A stretch of 64,000 nt of DNA from Isurus oxyrinchus (Eukaryota), in NCBI GenBank assembly GCA_026770705.1, contig JANJGN010000002.1, positions 208,196,001 to 208,260,000 on the forward strand, given 5' to 3'. The first letter of the stretch is position 1; every line of letters starts with the position of its first letter. Of this stretch, positions 1-9,800 are shown one piece after another. The position numbers and the translations under genes are program-made. The notes beneath the pieces were generated by a model, which was given only the letters and a program-made list of their open reading frames with translations, was not told the origin of the DNA and did not search any database.

Positions 1-116
1 GCTCATACCTTGGAGCATGTGACCCTGACCAGAACCTGGGGTGATGAGCAAAACGGCAGGCACAACAACCCCTAAGGTCTGCAAAGACACAACCACAAAT
101 AGACTTTTTTCTACAA

Positions 117-234
117 GTATTGCTGAATGCGCAATCAACATATCAAGATGTCAACAAATCTGTGACATACAAATGGCAGCTTTACAATGCTGTTGCCATC
201 CAGACTACAGCACCAAAATCTTCACTATGTGATG
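117..234 (+). pseudogene. Degenerate cbEGF pseudo-exon D1
   Basis: Translates [34 protein letters not shown]. The homologous acceptor is AA rather than AG (ctacAA|gtatt). It has internal -1/+1 indels, is 8 nt shorter than 126, and has a weak GTCTGA donor. Copies start at 5496, 10875, 16254, 21633, 29893, 35271, 40650. Confidence 0.75.
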
Positions 235-739
235 GTCTGAAATGTTTAAGCGCAAATCTTTATGGGTTGGAGCAAATAATACATGGCTCATTCAGAATTA
301 GAAAATGAATGGATCACAACAATAATCTGCGCCACATCACAATAGGGATCTTCTGGCAGCAGAATGTTGTGTTGGAGTTAAGCCATCATTGCTAAGAGAT
401 TGTTAAAAAGTTCCCCAATTTCTGATAAACGGCCCGAAATTTGCACGTCTGGATTTGCCATTATTTAATATTGTTGAGCCTCAGCCTACAAAGCGGCTGT
501 CACGTTGCAGGTTAGAGGGCACAGAAACATGGTCTCATGGCCAAAAACAACAGTACAATAATTTAGCCATTATATGGCCATCTGTTATATTAGACGGAGA
601 AGTGAAACTAAATATATTGCTCTTCAAATACAAGAAAAACAACATTATAGAGGCTAGAAGGATGTGTTGAAAACACGTGAAACTGTGTGGTGAAATGTGA
701 ATCAACTAAGCAAGGAATAATTTGATATAATTCTTGCAG

Positions 740-865
740 ATATTGATGAATGTGCAACCAGCACATCAACCTGTCATCAAATCTGTACCAATACAATTGG
801 AAGCTTCAATTGCAGTTGCCGTCCTGGGTTTACCACCAATGTTACAAACGCTTCTCTTTGTGATG
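740..865 (+). CDS. cbEGF exon A1 ([42 protein letters not shown])
   Basis: AG 738-739, GT 866-867, 126 nt, phase 1-1. Copies start at 6119, 11498, 16877, 22256, 30515, 35894, 41273. Confidence 0.9.
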
Positions 866-3800
866 GTAGGCACTCTTCACATAAACAGATTCTCTGTTAT
901 TGATTGTTTGTGAATTGCGCTTCGTTGAACATCTATCACAATATTGCAAATCTAATTGGCTTCAAGCAAGACTTGGTGCTCCTTAGTAACTAAATAATCA
1001 GAAGCTAAATAAAATGTTTAGTAGCGCTTTATGAAGGGATATTTTGTATTTGGCAGATATCACTGATGATATTGCTGTTGAATTACACAAATGTTGAATA
1101 TTATACAATTCAAAAGTAATTGTTGCAAACGTGATTTAAGTTGCCAATACCTGCTTTCATGTCAATCAAACTGAGCGAGGAATAATTGGACATTGTTTTG
1201 CAGATATTGATGAATGTGCAACCAACACATCAACCTGTCAACAAATCTGCACCAATACGTTTGGAAGCTTCAATTGCAGTTGCGATCCTGGATTTGGCAC
1301 CAATGTGACAAACACTTCTCTTTGTGATGGTAGGCAATTTTGAAACAATCAGACCCCTGCAATAATAACAAAAATAGCTGGAAAAACTCAGCAGGTCTGA
1401 TAGCGTCTGTGGAGAGGAAGACAGAGTTAATGTTTTGAGTCCGTTTGACACTTCACATTTCTCTTCATTCTGATGAAGACGCATACAGACTCGAAACGTT
1501 AACCCTGACTTCCTCTCCACATATGCTGTGAGACCTGTTGAGTTTATTCAGCTACTTATGTTTATGTTTTTGTTTCAGACTTCCAGCATCTGCAGTATTT
1601 TGCTTTTGATCCCTGCAATTGATGATTTGTGAATTGCGTTTCACTGAACAGCTATCAGAAGATTGCTAATTGTCTTCATGCAAAGTCTTGGTGCGCCCTA
1701 ATAATTAATAATAAGAAGCTGACAATATATGTAGTAATGCTTTGTAATGAGATATACCATATTTGGAAGATGTCTTTTATAAAATTGTTGTTGAATCATG
1801 GATGTGTTAATCAGGATGGAATCCAAAAGGAAGTGTTGCAAACATGTGATTTAAATTGTCAATGTATTTTAATCGAACTGAGTGAGGATTGATTGGACTT
1901 TTTTGTGCAGATATTGATGAATGTGCAATCAACACATCAACCTGTCAACAAATCTGCACGAATACAATTGGAAGCTTCAATTGCAGTTGCCATCCTGGAT
2001 TTAGCACCAATGTGACAAACACTTCTCTTTGTGATGGTAGGTAACCTTCAAACATGCAGATTGTGACAAACTGATGATTGGCATATCACAATATATACAA
2101 CTGCTGCTAATGCTAGATGGCTATCAAAAATCTCTTTGTGTTACTTCACAGAAAAACACTCAGAGGTTGATAACAATAATCTATGTAATTGTACATTGTG
2201 GTTTCCATTGTGTTAAAGTCATAGACTACAATGATATTACATGTATGATTCTGAATTTTGTATCAAAAGCACGTTCTTTGTGCTTCGGGACTTGCCATGA
2301 GCCAGGGATCCTGGTTGTTTTGCAACCATGGTGATAGGAATGTTGTAGTTTGTTGAGGGCAGCAGCAGAATGTCCTAGCCAGAGAATCAATAAATTAGTC
2401 ATTGTGATCTGTCTGAAATTTTTGCTGATTTCTGCATTGTGTGGAATCTTGCACTCTCCTCTTACATTGCTTGCAAGAAATGCCCATTTTCAATTTCATT
2501 GATCATTGAGCAATATGATTTTGGAAATTAATATTTGAGGTGTTTTCCCAGTGCCTACCTCATGTGTGAATGTAGAAACTCAAGTCCTCTTCACAGAATG
2601 GATATTGAGAATCAGCCCTTGCCTATGATATTCTCAATCTTTCGCCATCACCACTGGAATTTGCTGCTTATGCTGATGGCCTTTGCTCATACCTTGGAGC
2701 ATATGACACTGACCTGAGCCTGGGGTGATGAGCAAAAGGGCAGGCACAATGACCCCTGAGGTCTGCAATGACCCTGACACAATCACAAATAGAATTTCTT
2801 CTACAAGTATCAATGAATGTGCAATCAACACATCAGGATGTCAACAAATCTGCACCAATACAATTGGGAGCTTTACATGCTGTTGCCATCTAGGCTTCAG
2901 CACCAAAATTTTCGCTTTGTGATGGTCTGAAATGTTTAAGCACAAATGTTGAAGCAAATAATACGTGGCTCATTCAGAATTAGGAAAAGAATGGATCACG
3001 ACAATAATCTATGCTAAAACACAATAGGGATCTTCTGGAAGCAAAATGTTGTGTTGGAGTAAAGCAGTCATTACTGGGAGATTATTAAAAAGTTCCCCAA
3101 TTTCTGATAAATGGCTTGCACTTTGCACTTCAGGACTTGCCATTATTTAACATTGTTGAGCCGAAGCCTACTAAGTAGCTGTAACATTGTAGGTTAGAGA
3201 GCACAGAAGAAAAGTTTCATGGCCAAAAACAACAAATCAATAATTTAGTCATTATATGGCCAGCTGTTATATTTGACGGAGAATTGAAACTAAATATATT
3301 GCTCTTGAAATACAGAGTAAACCAACATTATAGAGGCTAGAAGGATGTGTTGAAAACATGTGAAATGTATGGTCAAATATGAATCAACTAAGCAAGGAAT
3401 AATTTGATATATTTCTTGCAGATATTGATGAATGTGCAACCAACACATCAACCTGTCATCAAATCTGTACCAATACAATTGGAAGCTTCAGTTGCAGTTG
3501 CCGTCCTGGGTTTACCACCAATGTTACAAATACTTCTCTTTGTGATGGTAGGCGCTCTTCACATGAACAGATTCTCCGTTATTGATTGTCTGTGAATTGC
3601 GCTTCATCAAACATCTGTCACTATATTGCAAATCTAATTGGCTTCAAGTAAGACTTGATACTCCTTAGTAACTAAATAATCAGAAGCTAAATAATATGAT
3701 TAGTTGCGCTTTATGAAGGGCTATTTTATATTTGGATAATGTCACTGATGATATTGCAGTTGAATTTGAGAAATGTTGAATATTATACAATTCAAAAGTA

Positions 3801-6800
3801 AGTGTTGCAAACATGTGATTTAAGTTGTCAATGCCTGCTTTCATGTCAATCAAACTGAGTGAGGAATAATTGGACATTGTTTTGCAGATATTGATGAATG
3901 TGCAACCAACACATCAACCTGTCAACAAATCTGCACCAATACAATTGGAAACTTCAATTGCAGTTGCGATCCTGGCTTTAGCACCAATGTGACAAACACT
4001 TCTCTTTGTGATGGTAGGCAACATTCAAACAATCAGACCACTGAAATAAAAGCAAAAATAGATGCCAAAACTCAGTAGGTCTGACAACATCTGTGGCGAA
4101 GAAAACAGAGTTATCGTTTTGAGTCTGTATGACTCGTCACATTTCTCTTCATTCTGATGCAGACTCATACGGACTCGAAACGTTAACCCTGACTTCCTCT
4201 CAACAAATGACTTGCTGAGTTTTTCCAGCTATTTATGTTTCTGTTTCAGATTTCCAGCATCTGCAGTATTTTGCTTTTGATCCCTGCAATTGATGTTTTG
4301 TGAATTGCGTTTCACGGAACAGCTATCTGTACATTGCTAATTGTCTTCACGCAAAGACTTGGTGCACTGTAATAATTAAGTAAAAAGAAGCTGACAATAT
4401 ATGTAATTATGCTGTGTAATGAGATATGCCATATTTGTAAGATGTCTTTTATAATATTGTTGTAGAATCATGGATGTGTTAATCATGATAGAATCCAAAA
4501 GGAAGTGTTGCAAACATGTGATTTAAATTGTCAATGTATTCGCTTATTTTAATCAAACTGAGTGAGGATTGATTGGACTTTTATGTGCAGATATTGATGA
4601 ATGTGCAATCAACACATCAACCTGTCAACAAATCTGCACAAATACAATTGGAAGCTTCAATTGCAGTTGCCATCCTGGATTTAGTTTGTCACCAATGTGA
4701 CAAACACCTCTCATTGTGATGGAAGGCAATCTTCAAACATGCAGATTGTGACAAACTGATGATTGGCATATCACACTGCATCCAACAGCTCCAAATGCTA
4801 GATGGCTATCAAGAAACTCTTTGTGTTAATTCACAAAAAACATTCAGGTTGATTACAATAATCTGTGTCTGTATGCAATCATTATAGGTTGATTGCACAT
4901 TGTGGTTTCCATTGTGTTAAATTTCTAGACTACAATGATGTTACATGTAGGATTAAAAATTTTAGATCAACTTTGCACTTCCGGACTTGCCATGAGCAAG
5001 GAATCCTGGTTGTTTTGCATCCATCGTGGGAGGAATGTTGTAGTTTGTTGAGGGCAGCAGCAGAATGTCCTAATCAAGAGAATCAATACATTAGTCACTG
5101 TGATCGGTCTGAGATCATTGCTCATTTCTGCATAGCTTGGAGTCTTGCACTTTCCTCTTCCATTGACTGGAAGAAACGCCCAGTTTCAATTTCACTGACC
5201 ATTGAGCAATAATGATTTTGGAAATTAACATTTGAGGTGTTTTCCCATTGCCTACCTCGTGTGAATTTAGAAACGCAAGTCCTCTTCAAGGAATGGAAAT
5301 TGAGAATCAGCCCTTGCCTATGGTGTTCTAGTTCTTTCGCCATCACCACTGGAATTTGCTGCTTATGCTGATGGCCTTGGCTCATACCTTGGAGCATGTG
5401 ACCCTGACCAGAACCTGGGGTGATGAGCAAAACGGCAGGCACAACAACCCCTAAGGTCTGCAAAGACACAACCACAAATAGACTTTTTTCTACAAGTATT
5501 GCTGAATGCGCAATCAACATATCAAGATGTCAACAAATCTGTGACATACAAATGGCAGCTTTACAATGCTGTTGCCATCCAGACTACAGCACCAAAATCT
5601 TCACTATGTGATGGTCTGAAATGTTTAAGCGCAAATCTTTATGGGTTGGAGCAAATAATACATGGCTCATTCAGAATTAGAAAATGAATGGATCACAACA
5701 ATAATCTGCGCCACATCACAATAGGGATCTTCTGGCAGCAGAATGTTGTGTTGGAGTTAAGCCATCATTGCTAAGAGATTGTTAAAAAGTTCCCCAATTT
5801 CTGATAAACGGTCCGAAATTTGCACGTCTGGATTTGCCATTATTTAATATTGTTGAGCCTCAGCCTACAAAGCGGCTGTCACGTTGCAGGTTAGAGGGCA
5901 CAGAAACATGGTCTCATGGCCAAAAACAACAGTACAATAATTTAGCCATTATATGGCCATCTGTTATATTAGACGGAGAAGTGAAACTAAATATATTGCT
6001 CTTCAAATACAAGAAAAACAACATTATAGAGGCTAGAAGGATGTGTTGAAAACACGTGAAACTGTGTGGTGAAATGTGAATCAACTAAGCAAGGAATAAT
6101 TTGATATAATTCTTGCAGATATTGATGAATGTGCAACCAGCACATCAACCTGTCATCAAATCTGTACCAATACAATTGGAAGCTTCAATTGCAGTTGCCG
6201 TCCTGGGTTTACCACCAATGTTACAAACGCTTCTCTTTGTGATGGTAGGCACTCTTCACATAAACAGATTCTCTGTTATTGATTGTTTGTGAATTGCGCT
6301 TCGTTGAACATCTATCACAATATTGCAAATCTAATTGGCTTCAAGCAAGACTTGGTGCTCCTTAGTAACTAAATAATCAGAAGCTAAATAAAATGTTTAG
6401 TAGCGCTTTATGAAGGGATATTTTGTATTTGGCAGATATCACTGATGATATTGCTGTTGAATTACACAAATGTTGAATATTATACAATTCAAAAGTAAGT
6501 GTTGCAAACGTGATTTAAGTTGCCAATACCTGCTTTCATGTCAATCAAACTGAGCGAGGAATAATTGGACATTGTTTTGCAGATATTGATGAATGTGCAA
6601 CCAACACATCAACCTGTCAACAAATCTGCACCAATACGTTTGGAAGCTTCAATTGCAGTTGCGATCCTGGATTTGGCACCAATGTGACAAACACTTCTCT
6701 TTGTGATGGTAGGCAATTTTGAAACAATCAGACCCCTGCAATAATAACAAAAATAGCTGGAAAAACTCAGCAGGTCTGATAGCGTCTGTGGAGAGGAAGA

Positions 6801-9800
6801 CAGAGTTAATGTTTTGAGTCCGTTTGACACTTCACATTTCTCTTCATTCTGATGAAGACGCATACAGACTCGAAACGTTAACCCTGACTTCCTCTCCACA
6901 TATGCTGTGAGACCTGTTGAGTTTATTCAGCTACTTATGTTTATGTTTTTGTTTCAGACTTCCAGCATCTGCAGTATTTTGCTTTTGATCCCTGCAATTG
7001 ATGATTTGTGAATTGCGTTTCACTGAACAGCTATCAGAAGATTGCTAATTGTCTTCATGCAAAGTCTTGGTGCGCCCTAATAATTAATAATAAGAAGCTG
7101 ACAATATATGTAGTAATGCTTTGTAATGAGATATACCATATTTGGAAGATGTCTTTTATAAAATTGTTGTTGAATCATGGATGTGTTAATCAGGATGGAA
7201 TCCAAAAGGAAGTGTTGCAAACATGTGATTTAAATTGTCAATGTATTTTAATCGAACTGAGTGAGGATTGATTGGACTTTTTTGTGCAGATATTGATGAA
7301 TGTGCAATCAACACATCAACCTGTCAACAAATCTGCACGAATACAATTGGAAGCTTCAATTGCAGTTGCCATCCTGGATTTAGCACCAATGTGACAAACA
7401 CTTCTCTTTGTGATGGTAGGTAACCTTCAAACATGCAGATTGTGACAAACTGATGATTGGCATATCACAATATATACAACTGCTGCTAATGCTAGATGGC
7501 TATCAAAAATCTCTTTGTGTTACTTCACAGAAAAACACTCAGAGGTTGATAACAATAATCTATGTAATTGTACATTGTGGTTTCCATTGTGTTAAAGTCA
7601 TAGACTACAATGATATTACATGTATGATTCTGAATTTTGTATCAAAAGCACGTTCTTTGTGCTTCGGGACTTGCCATGAGCCAGGGATCCTGGTTGTTTT
7701 GCAACCATGGTGATAGGAATGTTGTAGTTTGTTGAGGGCAGCAGCAGAATGTCCTAGCCAGAGAATCAATAAATTAGTCATTGTGATCTGTCTGAAATTT
7801 TTGCTGATTTCTGCATTGTGTGGAATCTTGCACTCTCCTCTTACATTGCTTGCAAGAAATGCCCATTTTCAATTTCATTGATCATTGAGCAATATGATTT
7901 TGGAAATTAATATTTGAGGTGTTTTCCCAGTGCCTACCTCATGTGTGAATGTAGAAACTCAAGTCCTCTTCACAGAATGGATATTGAGAATCAGCCCTTG
8001 CCTATGATATTCTCAATCTTTCGCCATCACCACTGGAATTTGCTGCTTATGCTGATGGCCTTTGCTCATACCTTGGAGCATATGACACTGACCTGAGCCT
8101 GGGGTGATGAGCAAAAGGGCAGGCACAATGACCCCTGAGGTCTGCAATGACCCTGACACAATCACAAATAGAATTTCTTCTACAAGTATCAATGAATGTG
8201 CAATCAACACATCAGGATGTCAACAAATCTGCACCAATACAATTGGGAGCTTTACATGCTGTTGCCATCTAGGCTTCAGCACCAAAATTTTCACTTTGTG
8301 ATGGTCTGAAATGTTTAAGCACAAATGTTGAAGCAAATAATACGTGGCTCATTCAGAATTAGGAAAAGAATGGATCACGACAATAATCTATGCTAAAACA
8401 CAATAGGGATCTTCTGGAAGCAAAATGTTGTGTTGGAGTAAAGCAGTCATTACTGGGAGATTATTAAAAAGTTCCCCAATTTCTGATAAATGGCTTGCAC
8501 TTTGCACTTCAGGACTTGCCATTATTTAACATTGTTGAGCCGAAGCCTACTAAGTAGCTGTAACATTGTAGGTTAGAGAGCACAGAAGAAAAGTTTCATG
8601 GCCAAAAACAACAAATCAATAATTTAGTCATTATATGGCCAGCTGTTATATTTGACGGAGAATTGAAACTAAATATATTGCTCTTGAAATACAGAGTAAA
8701 CCAACATTATAGAGGCTAGAAGGATGTGTTGAAAACATGTGAAATGTATGGTCAAATATGAATCAACTAAGCAAGGAATAATTTGATATATTTCTTGCAG
8801 ATATTGATGAATGTGCAACCAACACATCAACCTGTCATCAAATCTGTACCAATACAATTGGAAGCTTCAGTTGCAGTTGCCGTCCTGGGTTTACCACCAA
8901 TGTTACAAATACTTCTCTTTGTGATGGTAGGCGCTCTTCACATGAACAGATTCTCCGTTATTGATTGTCTGTGAATTGCGCTTCATCAAACATCTGTCAC
9001 TATATTGCAAATCTAATTGGCTTCAAGTAAGACTTGATACTCCTTAGTAACTAAATAATCAGAAGCTAAATAATATGATTAGTTGCGCTTTATGAAGGGC
9101 TATTTTATATTTGGATAATGTCACTGATGATATTGCAGTTGAATTTGAGAAATGTTGAATATTATACAATTCAAAAGTAAGTGTTGCAAACATGTGATTT
9201 AAGTTGTCAATGCCTGCTTTCATGTCAATCAAACTGAGTGAGGAATAATTGGACATTGTTTTGCAGATATTGATGAATGTGCAACCAACACATCAACCTG
9301 TCAACAAATCTGCACCAATACAATTGGAAACTTCAATTGCAGTTGCGATCCTGGCTTTAGCACCAATGTGACAAACACTTCTCTTTGTGATGGTAGGCAA
9401 CATTCAAACAATCAGACCACTGAAATAAAAGCAAAAATAGATGCCAAAACTCAGTAGGTCTGACAACATCTGTGGCGAAGAAAACAGAGTTATCGTTTTG
9501 AGTCTGTATGACTCGTCACATTTCTCTTCATTCTGATGCAGACTCATACGGACTCGAAACGTTAACCCTGACTTCCTCTCAACAAATGACTTGCTGAGTT
9601 TTTCCAGCTATTTATGTTTCTGTTTCAGATTTCCAGCATCTGCAGTATTTTGCTTTTGATCCCTGCAATTGATGTTTTGTGAATTGCGTTTCACGGAACA
9701 GCTATCTGTACATTGCTAATTGTCTTCACGCAAAGACTTGGTGCACTGTAATAATTAAGTAAAAAGAAGCTGACAATATATGTAATTATGCTGTGTAATG

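Noticed and set aside
740-865. Notch-type O-fucose, POGLUT1 O-glucose and EOGT O-GlcNAc sites
   Set aside because: There are only three residues between C2 and C3 (POFUT1 needs C2-X4-S/T-C3), no C1-X-S-X-P/A-C2 motif, and the C5-C6 loop lacks the S/T-G-X-X-C6 pattern.
1364-1610. Autonomous transposon, tRNA-derived SINE or classical MITE
   Set aside because: No RT, endonuclease or transposase ORF and no A/B boxes. The inverted arms are asymmetric (the right side extends ~40 nt further) and meet at the centre, unlike terminal inverted repeats of a DNA transposon.
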